This document shows, one piece after another, positions 23,380 through 34,629 of a DNA stretch of 64,000 nucleotides. Source of the DNA: Nemertoderma westbladi (taxonomy: Eukaryota; Animalia; Xenacoelomorpha); assembly GCA_032718475.1 (NCBI GenBank), contig JAUCBJ010008313.1:124001-188000 (forward strand). Reading direction: 5' to 3'. The notes beneath the pieces were generated by a model, which had not been told where the DNA came from, did not search any database, and was given only the letters and a program-made list of their open reading frames with translations. Within the stretch, counting starts at the first letter, position 1; the number at the start of each line of letters is the position of its first letter. Position numbers and translations under genes: made by a program.

Positions 23380-23989
23380 CTGGTTGGTTGGTTGGTTGGT
23401 TAGTTTGGTGACAGCAGCTGAGTAGCTCTAGCGGTGGGTAAATCGTTGAGTTGGCAATCGATATAATATAATAGCTCGGTGTGGCGTGGTATATGCATGG
23501 TGTGCGTAGATGGCCACGTCGTCCGTGACTGGCTCTATCATCGTTGTCATCATATACAGTATGTGGTAGCGTTGGGGAAAAGGGGAGTAACCGGAGGGCT
23601 AGGCAAGCAAGCATCGCTGTTGGTTGGTTGGTTGGTAGGTAACAGCAGTCGAGTAGCGATGGGATGGGTATGTGGGGGCTAGCCATGCATCGTGAGGTTA
23701 GGCTACGCGAAGATGAATATGCAACCATTGGTTGATGCAACGACGCGAATCAATTCTGACGGGTTGTAACAGCTGTCGAGTAAGGCGGGCATCGCGAGGT
23801 TAGGCTACGCGTAGGTGAATATCGCTGATTGGTTGATGGCAACGACGCGAATCAATACTGATGGTGACAGATGGTCATTAAACACCGTAATTTAGCTACG
23901 GAATTTGGCATTTTGAATAGTCCTCCGAGATATAGCCCATAGCCCAAGCTAGGGTGGACTATGGTGAGGAACCCTCATCCTCTACTACT
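23380..23989. repeat. Polinton right terminal (TIR) region with subterminal repeats
   Basis: (GGTT)n tracts, ~75-bp direct repeat (~23687-23760 and ~23789-23862), terminal ACTACT (5'-AGTAGT on the minus strand). Confidence 0.7.
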
Positions 23990-26587
23990 GATATGGGGCA
24001 CAAGGTTCGCGACATCCTGAAGGGATCCGGGTTAAACCTGACCAAGTTCCAATCCAGCTCTGAGGAGTTTATGAAAGCCATAGAGGACAAGAGGCCAGAG
24101 TCGACCATGGATAACCCCACAACAGCCAAGGGACAGGACATGGTGAACAAAAGAGTAGAGTCTCAGCAGAAGGCACTAGGGATCGTGTGGAACCGGGAGA
24201 CAGACGAGTTCAAGTATCAGCTGAGCCAGGAGGGCGCGGACATCCACACAAAGAGGGGCTATGTATCGTACATAGCAAGGATATACGATCCCCTAGGCCT
24301 AGCATCCCCACTGTTAGTCACAGGGAAACAGATACTTAAGAAAGTTTATAAGCTAAAGGACGAATGGGATACAGAGGTCCCGGAAGAATTCAGGAAGCAG
24401 TGGAGTAAGTGGACGGAGAGTTTAGAACAGATGGGGACGTACAGCATGCCACGCGTGTATTTCCCGGATGGGGACATGGTGGATCTGGATCTACACATGT
24501 TCTCCGATGCGTCATTGGAAGCATACGTAGCGGCACTCTACCTAGTACAATGAGAGGGGGCTCATAAGCCCAGACTTGCATTCAGCAAAGCAAAGTCGAC
24601 GCCGCCAGATTTAGCATCGGTCCCGAAACTCGAGTTGACAGCCGCAAGATTAGGAGTAAGGGCCACAGCCTACTTGATGGACACTATTCCCAACATAGTG
24701 GAAACACACTACTGGACGGACTCCATTGTAGTGCTTGGTTGGCTACATAATGAGAAGATGAGATACCCTATATTCATCGCAAATAGGGTGGACGAAATAA
24801 GGGCGACGACTGAGTTGGAAAGGTGGCACTACTGCCCAACGGACGAGAACCCAGCAGACTTGTTATCGAGGGGCGTGGCACGCCACACTTTCTTAAAGAA
24901 GGAAGTATTGTGGCAGCACGGGCCACAGTTCCTGAACGATAGGACGGCCTGGCCACCAATGAAGAAGGTGGACCCGGGTTCGGAGGAAGTACCACCAGAG
25001 GAAGAGGGAGAAGACTCAGAAGGTGAAGAGATATATAGTCAGATGGCGAGGGAGATCAAGGAGGTGCAACCAAAATCAGAAGAACCATGCGATAACCCGA
25101 CGGATAAACTCCTCAGCTACAGCTCAAGCTGGTACAACACCAAGAAGCTGGTAGTGTACTGGAGGGCCTTCGGGGATTTCCTCAAGGGAGTTGGCAAGAA
25201 TGCCAAGAGGAAACCAAACATCGATCTGGAGGGAGCGGCCAAGGCCGTGATTCGGTATGAACAGAGAAAGAACTACAGCGACGAAGTGGGGCGCATCAGA
25301 AAACAACAACATCTTCGTCGGGACAGTGAGCTCATCACGCTGTCGCTACAACTCAATGATGACAGGATCCTAGTAATGAACTCTAGGGTGTTGAACAGCA
25401 ACAGTATTGTCATCCCACCAAAGCCCATCATCATCCCTAATGGAACGCTGATAGTCCACCAGATTATCTGGGACTCCCATAAGTCGATATTGCACGGGGG
25501 CACCAACCAGACCCTCACGGAGATACGGAGGACCTTCTGGATCACGCAGCTAAGAAAGAAGGTGAAGGCGGTAGTGGGGCAGTGCCAGACCTGCCGACGG
25601 ACGAGAAAGGAGCGGGCCTTACAGGAGATGGCGCCATTACCGGCCAGCAGGGTGAGACAGCATGATCCGCCATTCACGCACTGCGGTGTAGATATGTTTG
25701 GGGCGATAAAAATCAGGGTGATGCGGCACACGGAGAAGCGCTGCGGCATCATCTTTGTATGTAACAACACGAGGGCGGTAGGGATATAACTCGCCCAAGA
25801 CGCAACCGCATCGGCATTCATCAATGCCCTAGAGAGATTCAGAGACCACAAAGGTGGGACGATCGCAGTGATCTACTCCGATAATGGAACCAACTTTGTG
25901 GGCGTGGAGAACGAGCTGGTGGAGGCCTTGGACATCCTGGAAGGAGAGGAAGTCAGGGCAGCCATGAGGAGACGACAGGTGAAATGGGAGAGGAGGACGC
26001 CGTATGCTCCGCATGCTTTAGGATGCGTCGAGAGACTCGTGGGTAGTTCCAAGCATCTGATGACGAAGTTTATGAACACCCACATGGTGACAGAAGATGT
26101 ACTAAGGACGTTGCTAGCTAAGTGAGAGGGTATCATTAATAGCAGACCGCTATACCCAGAAAATGAGGACCCAGAATCACTAGATGTGCTGACACCCAGT
26201 CACTTTCTAATGGAGAGGCCGGCGACCATCGACATACGGGGTGTAGACCCAGATGACATACACTCCCGACAGAGTTGGAAAGTAGCTAAGGCGATAAGCG
26301 CAGAGTACTGGCGGGGGTGGGTCGAGGAATACCTACCCACGCTACATAGGAGGAGCAAGTGGAGAAATACCACTAGAGAGTTAAAGAAGGGTGATTTGGT
26401 GATCGTCACGGACGACACCATCATCAACAATCAGTGGAGGCTAGCAAGAGTAGTAGACACTTACTCCGACGAGGACGGAAGAGTCCGATTGGTGAAAGTG
26501 CGGATAGGGGGTAAGATAGGAGCGAAAGACAGGAAGACCTACAAGAGGGCTGTAGGTAAATGTTGCCTGCAAGAAGGGGCACCATAG
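23990..26587 (+). pseudogene. pol: BEL/Pao pol C-terminal half (RT end, RNase H, integrase)
   Basis: YDPLG, HMFSDAS, PKLEL, WTDS, NPAD, H..GG...CQTC, GVDMFG, YSDNGTNF, NSRPL, LTPSHFL, EYLPTL; in-frame stops. Confidence 0.95.
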
Positions 26588-26739
26588 AGTTTAGTCGTCC
26601 AAGTATTGGACTGAGGGGGGTGTGATTGAGGGTGAGACGCCCTTCCCACACAAAATATAAAAAAATAAAAAATAAATAATAAAATAATAAAATAATAGAA
26701 AGAGAGTAAGAGAAAGGTAAGTAATAGTACATAGTAAGT

Positions 26740-28411
26740 ACGTAGTAAGTAAGTAGGCAGATAGAAGTTAGTTAGAGAGTTAGTAAGAGTAGTAAGAGGG
26801 TACATAGTACCGTTAGTTAGAGGGTTAGTAGTAAGAGGGTATGCGTAGTACCATTAGTAGAAGAGTTAGTAAGAGGGTACGTAGTACCGTTAGTAGAGGA
26901 GTTAGTAAGTACGTAGTACCGTTAGTTAGAGAGTTAGTAAGAGTAGTAAGAGTGTTTAAAGCTCATCTATCCCATCATAGTAGACATGTACCGAACAACA
27001 AGAGTCCCACAAGACAGTGCCAGTTCCCAAGAAGGGCAACCTAACACTCTATGGTTCTTTTCGGGGAATCTCATTGATCTCGATTGCTGCAAAGCTATAC
27101 AATAGGATTCTATTAAATCGCATCAGGGATCCCATTTAGAGACTGCTCCGTGGAATTCAGAATGGGTTCCGTAAAGGTCGTGGGACCATGGAGCCCATTT
27201 TGGCACTTAGAAGGATAATTGAAGAATTATCAAAAAAGAAACACAGGCATCTGGCTGTTATCTTTGTTGACTTCTTCAAGGCCTTTGATTCAGTCTCCCG
27301 CTCACGTATGTTCAGCATACTTTCATTATATGGGATTCCTGATGAAATTATTGCAGCAATCAGATCAGTATACGATGGTTCGACAACATTTGTGTCTACT
27401 GTTGACGGTGACACAGAACCATTTGAAGTGTTATGGGGCGTCCTCCAAGGAGACACACTTGCACCATTCTTGTTCATTATTGTGGTTGACTATGTTCTAC
27501 GCATGTCCTTAGATCATTATAATGATGATGGGGTGATGATAACTCCACCTACTGGCTCCAGAATTCGAGGAAATCCTGCCAAGTACCTAACTGATCTAGA
27601 CTTTGCTGATGACTTAGGAGTACTCTCAGAATCATTAGAGGGAGCCCAACGGCTCCTCAGCTCATTAGAACATGCTGCTTCTAGTGTTAGTCTTTTTATT
27701 AACTCCAGAAAGACCAAAATTCTGACAGTTAACTTTGAAAGTCCTCAGCAAGTCTCTGATCGGATGAGCATAAGCTCAAAGGATGGTATGCTTGAGCATG
27801 TGGACGACTTCTGTTACCTGGGATCATGGATCCGGAAGTCAGGTGAGGACCTTCGAATACGTAAGGGAAAGGCATGGGCAGCCTTGAATAGGCTTTCCAG
27901 GATTTGGAAGTCACCGAGAATTAATCGGAAACTTAAGGTCCGATTATTTAGAGCAGCAGTAGTTCCAGTACTCCTCTACGGGAGTCCATGCTGGGCTCTA
28001 ACTGCTGAGGACACCAAATCTCTGGATGGCACGTTCACAAGAATGCTACGCCGGGTTCATTGTGTCAAGTACAATGCACACATCTCCAACCAGACACTAT
28101 ATAACATTGGATGTGTCTCATTGGTTCCCCCAAGCTTGACACTAGAACAAAATCGCCTCCGCTTTGCAGGACATTGCTTTCGCCGTGAGGACCAGCCAGT
28201 GCATAATCTTGTACTTTGGCACCCTCATGGAGTGAATAAGCATGGTGGACAGCCCATGACTTTCTTGAGACGCATCTTAAAGGACACTGGCCTTAAAGAT
28301 GCAGATGATCTAGCAAATGTCATGGGTGATAGGGAGTTGTGGCAGTGCAATTTTGTTGACAAGCCGGCACAGCATTCTTAAAAATGCTGCTGCAATGCAG
28401 CATGCCGATCC

Positions 28412-28443
<32 letters not shown>

Positions 28444-28910
28444 AGAGTAGTAAGAGGGTACGTAGTACCGTTAGTTAGAGAGTTAGTAAGAGTAGTAAGA
28501 GGGTACGTAGTACCGTAGTAGAGGAGTTAGTAAGAGTAGTAAGAGGGTACGTAGTACCATTAGTTAGAGGGTTAGTAAGAGTAGTAAGAGGGTACGTGCA
28601 GTACCGTTAGGAGAGTTAGTAGTAAGAGGGTACGTAGTACCGTTAGTTAGAGAGTTAGTGAGAGTAGTAAGAGGGTACGTAGTACCGTTAGGAGAGTTAG
28701 TAGTAAGAGGGTACGTGTAGTACCGTTAGTAGAAGAGTTAGTAAGAGGGTACGTGTAGTACCGTTAGAGGAGTTAGTTAGTGTGCTAGTAAGAGTTAGTA
28801 GTAAGAGGGTATGTAGTATCGTTAGTAAGAGTTAGTAAGAGTTATGAGAAGTTAGTTAGAATGTTAGTAAGAGTTAGTATAGTAAGAGAGTTAGTAGAGT
28901 TAGTAGTGAG
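26740..28910 (+). repeat. Purine-rich ~35-45-bp minisatellite in the pol-ORF3 spacer (interrupted by RTE copy 2)
   Basis: Repeated AGTAAGAGGGTACGTAGTACCGTTAGTTAGAGAGTT on both sides of the RTE. Confidence 0.9.
26953..28438 (+). mobile_element. 5'-truncated RTE-clade LINE (copy 2; RT ORF 27188-28381)
   Basis: PKKG..FRGISL, QNGFR, FVDFFKAFDS, GVLQGD, FADD; (TAG)n tail; TSD ~TAGTAAGAGTAGTAAGAG. Confidence 0.95.
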
Positions 28911-29326
28911 AAGTGAGAGGGGGGCACGTGGGTACAGCAGGACAGATCGTGTAGGCCACACGGGACATACTACTGTACTGCACACCCCATAGAGTAGGTC
29001 AGAATAGGGATTATTAAAAATAAATAATCCATTATAAATATTAATAGCACAGTTGCAGAATTAAAATTAATAAAGAAAATCAAAATTCAACAAATTATAG
29101 TAAAAGAAGGCAAGAAATTCTAGAATATAATAAAAGTAATTAAATTTAGGGAATTTAGGAAATTTGGTACTATTAGGGAGTAAAATAGGAAAATCCAGCA
29201 ATAACCTAGTGTTCAGAGAGAGATAGGCCATTATCGGACCATACAGACCATCCTAACTACATAACTGACTTATATTGAGCCTTGGTAAGGCACCACCTTA
29301 TAGGTGAGCGATCGGGAGCGTTCGAA

Positions 29327-32300
29327 ATGGCGGAGAAACTTGTTAGAAAGAGAAAGGCGGATATGGGAGGAAAGGAAATACTAGTAGACTTCACCGAGAG
29401 GCATCCAGAGGAGAAGACGAGGGGATACTACGAGCGGTTGGAGAAGGGTCACAAAGCGCGAGCGCTACAGGACCATTTCAGGGAGGTGCACGAGAGGCGG
29501 CTGGTCGGGACCTATGGGATGCCGTCGCTAGACAATGCGATCTTCGAGCATTTCCACTACGTGGTAAAGGGAGACGAGGCGAAGTTCGGGATACCGAAGT
29601 ATCCGAGGGAACCACCGAAAAAGGACTGGAAGAGGTTCGTAATACGTAAGGGAAAGGCATGGGCAGCCTTGAATAGGCTTTCCAGGATTTGGAAGTCACC
29701 GAGAATTAATCGGAAACTTAAGGTCCGGGTATTTAGAGCAGCAGTAGTTCCAGTACTCCTCTATGGGAGTCCATGCTGGGCTATAAATGCTGAGGACACC
29801 AAATCTCTGGATGGCGCATTCACAAGAATGCTACGCCGGGTTCATTGTGTCTAGTTCAATGCACACATCTCCAACCAGACACTATATAACATTGGAGGTG
29901 TCTCATTGGTTCCCCCAAGCTTGACACTAGAACAAAATCGCCTCCGCTTTGCAGGACATTGCTTTCGCCGTGAGGACCAGCCAGTGCATAATCTTGTACT
30001 TTGGCAGCCTCATGGAGTGAATAAGCATGGTGGACAGCCCATGACTTTCTTGAGACGCATCTTAAAGGACACTGGCCTTGAAGATGCGGATGATCTGGCA
30101 AATGTCATGGGTGATAGGGAGTTATGGCGGTGCAATTTTGTCAAGAAGCCGGCACAGCATTCTTAAAAATGCAGCTGCAATGCAGCATGCCGATCCTAGT
30201 AGTAGGAAGAGGTTTGTAGAGTCCGTCAGCAGGGGAGGATACATGGTCCTAGATGACGAAGGGACCGTGGAAGACAAGGAGGGTTCGAGAAGAGGGTCGG
30301 CGGGGTCGGCCAGAACCATACTTCTGCATTTTGCCGCGCCAAATGGGGACATGTTCCTGTTCAATCTGGGAACGTATGGGAAGAAGAACGGGCCGAAGTT
30401 AAACCGGTTGCCAAGGGTGGTGCCGAATGTAGTAAGAGAGAAGTCGACGATAAAGGTGGGATCGGCGATCCGCGACGATGCGGAGAGGATCATCGGTCCG
30501 GAGACCCCCAACCTCCTGGATACGCAAACGGTCTACATGGCTATGACAGGGCCAGCCGGATTTGGACTAGTAGAGAACACGGGCCATTGTGGAGCGGTGG
30601 CGATGGGCCAGCTAATGGGGCTCGTATGCCACAAGCCAATGGACTGGGGTAAATTCAGGGAGGAGTACGGAGCGGAGTTGGCGAACTCGCTGAAGTGGGG
30701 AGCGAGGCCGGGGAAACAAGAGGTGTATCCATTCCGGAGAGGAGCGATAAAGATATATCAGAAGCGATATATCCTGCAGGAGGATTGGATAATGATAGGT
30801 TTATTAAACCTATTCATGGCCGTGGTTATCGAAAGAGAGCCAACGGCGTTTCTGCTATCGGGATCACCCCTGAACTACAGAAGAGCCTTCAGAGTGGCTT
30901 TTGAGAGTCTGGTAGACCACCCGGGGCTGAAGGGCGAGTCGGTATACTACAACTGCCGATATCTAGTAGACAGGGAGGTGGATACACCATATCAGAGGTG
31001 GGAGAAGCTAGAGGCGGATAGACAAGAGGATAAGTGATTGGAAGAAATGGCTAGATGAGAGAGGAGGGAGGCAGATGAAAGAGAGGCGGAAGCTAGAGGA
31101 GAGGGCTATGGGTTCGAGGCCCAGGCCTTGGATGATTTACAATGGACATCAGGGAGCTCGGGCAAGTCTCTAGGGTGAGAGTTGGGGTGGACGGAAGGAT
31201 CGCCGAAACAGTCGACATCGGGATTACAGGCGACACCCATACCAGCGGGCGCCGAGGGCGATTTCATGAAGAGAAGGCCAGGGGAACTGGAAGGATGGAG
31301 AGTCACGGGCGAGAGCCAAGGTGGGAAGGGACACAGTGGATCTACCGGGATACCGGGTTTGGAGCCACTCCCAGCAGAGGACGAGGATGACGACGAGTTC
31401 GGAGAGATGCCGCCCATCGGGAGAATCGACCACTCGGACACGGACTGGGTTGGCGGGAGATTGGTGACGGCCAGCGGGGCGAGGGCCTTCTGGGATAGAC
31501 ACGGCAAGCGGGCCTGGGTGCATGAGGAGCCAGCAATGGATTTCGCGGGGAGCACCATCAGCTTGGGCGAGCAACCAGGAACGGCACCATAGGTAGTATT
31601 CAGAGAGACGATGCCCAGGCGAGACGAGGAGATAGACATGGACAGGGACGTTAACGTCCAGAAGTTTGCTTACCAGCGACTCCATAGACCGAGGAGATTG
31701 CTTGGGGCGAAGGACGACTTGGGGCGGGACGCATTGGTACTCGGCTGCGATTACTGCGGGAGGCTTACTCACCAGGAAAGGAGCTGCTTGTACCGATTCC
31801 AGAAGGGGACAAGTTGCCTCTACTGCTGCGAGTCGAGTCATAGGATGGGGGCATGTCCACAGTTGCACAACCGATGTTCTAAGTGCAACTTCCGGGGGCA
31901 CTACGGACGCCAGTGTGACTGGATGGACGACGAGGAGAAGTTTAAGATCTTCGAGGAGTTTGCCGATGTCCACGTCATGATGCAGCAGTGGATGAAGGCC
32001 CAGGAATTCCGGTGGGGTTTCTTTAATATTAACCAGGAGGCCCATCTGGAAATCATCAAACGGAGGCTTCCGTTTACTTATCAAGAAGTATCAACGGCAG
32101 CATCGTATGCGGGAGTGATGCATACACAGAGATATTTAGACAGATGGACGCCACAGAACCGGGGAGAGTTCAGAGATTTCCTGGCGGAGCATGTGCCGCG
32201 GGCCATGAAGGTGATCCTATGGGATGATACTAGGGGGAAGCAGCAGGGGCATTCGGAGGGGCCACCTGCGAAGCGATACCGGGAGCTAATAACACCAGCG

Positions 32301-32465
32301 CCCAAGGAGTCGACGACGGGAATCAGTAGGGAAGTAACGGCAAGGATGAGGAACCTTAAGGAGGACAAGAACAAGGGAGCGGCGACGACCAGGAAGCGAC
32401 CGAGACAGGACGATGACAGAGGGAAGGAACTTAGATGGTTCCCAAAGACAGGAGGAGCGAACTAG
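29327..32465 (+). pseudogene. ORF3 of BEL/Pao A: DEDDy 3'-5' exonuclease plus three CCHC knuckles (~853 aa reconstructed)
   Basis: Single frame after RTE removal; MVLDDEG, LLHFA, LPRVV..IKVGSAIRDD, LLDTQ, QKRYILQED; CDYC..H..C, CLYC..H..CP, CSKC..GH..C; four nonsense codons seen. Confidence 0.85.
29642..30204 (+). mobile_element. 5'-truncated RTE-clade LINE (copy 3)
   Basis: Near-identical to the 3' ends of copies 1 and 2; TSD GGAAGAGGTTYGTA (29628-29641, 30205-30218). Confidence 0.95.
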
Positions 32466-32481
32466 AACTTGGAGGGGGAGA

Positions 32482-33480
32482 TGTGGGGATGCCTGGAAGG
32501 CACCACATGCAAAGTAATACGAACTCCTAAGTGCAAATTTAATTAAAAGTGCAATTAGTATGTACGTATGTAATAATCATTAGAATATAATCATATAACC
32601 AATATAATCAAAGTAAGTACTATAGTCATGTAACCTTTTTCCAACTAGCTACTGGGACTGGGGGCCAATCGACTATGACAGGAGGACGGGAGACTAGAAC
32701 GTAGCACTACACACTTGACACTTCTTAAGTGCGATGGCACGGAAGGGGAGGGTGAGTCTCGTCAGGAGTGAATGGGCTAAAGTGAGTAAGAGTTGAGTAT
32801 AGAACGCAGGGGAGATAGCGAGAGGTGGTGTTGAGGCGCGTGGAGAGAATACGGGTGCGATTCAAATGTGGGGGGGGGGGGGAGTAAGAAGCAGAATGAG
32901 GGATGAAGAGGTCCGAGAGTAGATAAGAGTTAGAGTGAAAGTGGAGAGAAGTTAGAGTCAGTTAGAGTGGAGTGGAGATAAAAATTGTGTGAGAGGTGTC
33001 CACAATTGTCTCGAACCGAGACGCCAGATGTCTTGATTCAACATAGGTTGGAGTTGCAACAAGAGGGGGTAGTAATATCATACCCAGAGGGAGCGGCCTG
33101 GAAAGCCGACTCAAAATAAAAGAACTCCACCCCATACCCGATAGTAGATCGGGAGACCGGGAGAGCATCCGCTAGGTAATAAGGCCACAGTACCGTAAGG
33201 GTGATTAGATATATTATCAGTATATTGACATACCAGTTTTAGTTTACTCAGTCACTCAGTGCAGACCGGTGACATTTCGCACCGTCACCGTCACCATCAG
33301 TACACATTATATTATATTATCAGTTATACTACCAATTTATATTCTGTCAACTGTGTTATCATATATTATCCGTTTATTCAATCTATAACAATATCAGAGG
33401 GATAACAACAAACTATCTTTCTCAATTACACGGTGACGCGTAACTTAATAAACCGGTCGGGATCCCCTGATCCCGTCACA
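32482..33480 (+). repeat. 3' LTR of BEL/Pao A (~1 kb)
   Basis: Follows the PPT; TGTGGGG...AATAAA...GATCCCGTCACA, with the same end as the B-type LTRs. Confidence 0.85.
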
Positions 33481-34457
33481 CAGTGAGAGACTTAAAGATA
33501 TTGAGAAGGGATTTTCTGCCCAGATAGATAATATAGCTGATCTCATTGGTAGTCTGCGCAGGCCTGACGACAATGGGAGGCCTCATGTTTCCAGACCGAC
33601 AGTGACACGTCCGGTACCGGTACGGGTACCAGTTGGGACAGGCGGGCCCATTACAGCCAGATCGGCCGTCTGCTGTTCCTATTATTGGCGGCGCCAATGA
33701 GTCTGAGGTTTCGGTGCTCCTAAGTTACCCTCCAATGCTAGGTCGATCATCCCAGGTGGTGCCTAATGTTGGCCCAACTAATTCATCGAACGCGGCAACT
33801 GTTAATTCGGGATACACCAGAAAGAACTATGTGGCTGCAGTGTGCGGGCAGCAGCCCGCACATGGTCGGCCGAGTCACATGGCAAACCATACCGGTATTT
33901 CTAATTACTGGTTTCTGCTGGTAACGCCTACGCAATCCCCTCGGGTGTTGAGCGATAGGAGGAGTGTTAAGAGGACAAGGCATAATTCGCCTAACTTGGC
34001 TCCAAGGGATACCGGTAATGTCTTTAGTGGCTCTGGGTATACGGAAGTTGTGAATAAACCGAGGCGTTGTAATCGGGAGTTTATTGTTGGAACCAAAAAG
34101 AGTCCCGTTGGTGGAGCGGCGGATGACGACCAGTCTTCTTCCAAAAAGACAGGCTTGCGTGCGGCACCAGCGGATGTATTTGTGTTTCGGTTATCGCCCG
34201 ATACAACCGCTCAGGACATCGTGGATTGCCTTGAGACACAGGGAGTTCAGATCCCTCTATCATATGTAAAGAGAATTTCGCACCCAGATGCCAACTCTGC
34301 AAGCTTTCGGGTATCGGTTACGGCTAAGAGTGTGGAGAAAGCTCTTTCGTCGGAGACATGGCCCTCTGGTGTTTGCATACGCAAATGGGTACATAACAGG
34401 AGCATCAACACAACTGGTCGTTTTAATGGCGGGCAGTCACGTAACGTAATCGAGTAG
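33481..34457 (+). pseudogene. LINE ORF1, 5' part cut off by the BEL A LTR
   Basis: RRM-type C-terminus DVFVFRLSPDTT..DI...SFRVSV...WPSGVCIRKW (ORF 33633-34457). Confidence 0.8.
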
Positions 34458-34629
34458 ACCTAATGCAAACTATTTTACTCAACGCATGAATGATTAGTAT
34501 AGAACATCAAATTTTTTTTTTCTCTACAAACTTTATAAAGGAAGATTTTCCTTTATATATTTTCTATCCATAACTTTATTTATATATTATTATTATATAA
34601 TAGTACCGATCGTTAACAGTATTTCATCA

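Larger units (their letters stand above)
4640..23989. mobile_element. Polinton/Maverick (adintovirus-like) element, decayed; left end not in window
   Basis: AT-rich block with pPolB, packaging ATPase, capsid, penton, adenain-type protease and integrase remnant in two convergent gene blocks; ends in CTACTACT directly against BEL pol. Confidence 0.95.
23990..33480 (+). mobile_element. BEL/Pao LTR retrotransposon A, 3' half (pol end, repeat spacer, ORF3, 3' LTR)
   Basis: pol motifs, extra ORF, PPT GGAGGGGGAGA, then TG...CA LTR. Confidence 0.9.

Noticed and set aside
23375-23740. ORFs in the Polinton terminal region
   Set aside because: Derived from (GGTT)n and subterminal repeats
26740-28910. 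Regular repeats that could be mistaken for a CRISPR array
   Set aside because: No unique spacers, no cas genes, eukaryotic retroelement context
29282-31037. Apparent RTE-exonuclease fusion ORFs (29282-29854 and 30078-31037)
   Set aside because: Chance read-through across an RTE insertion bounded by a TSD
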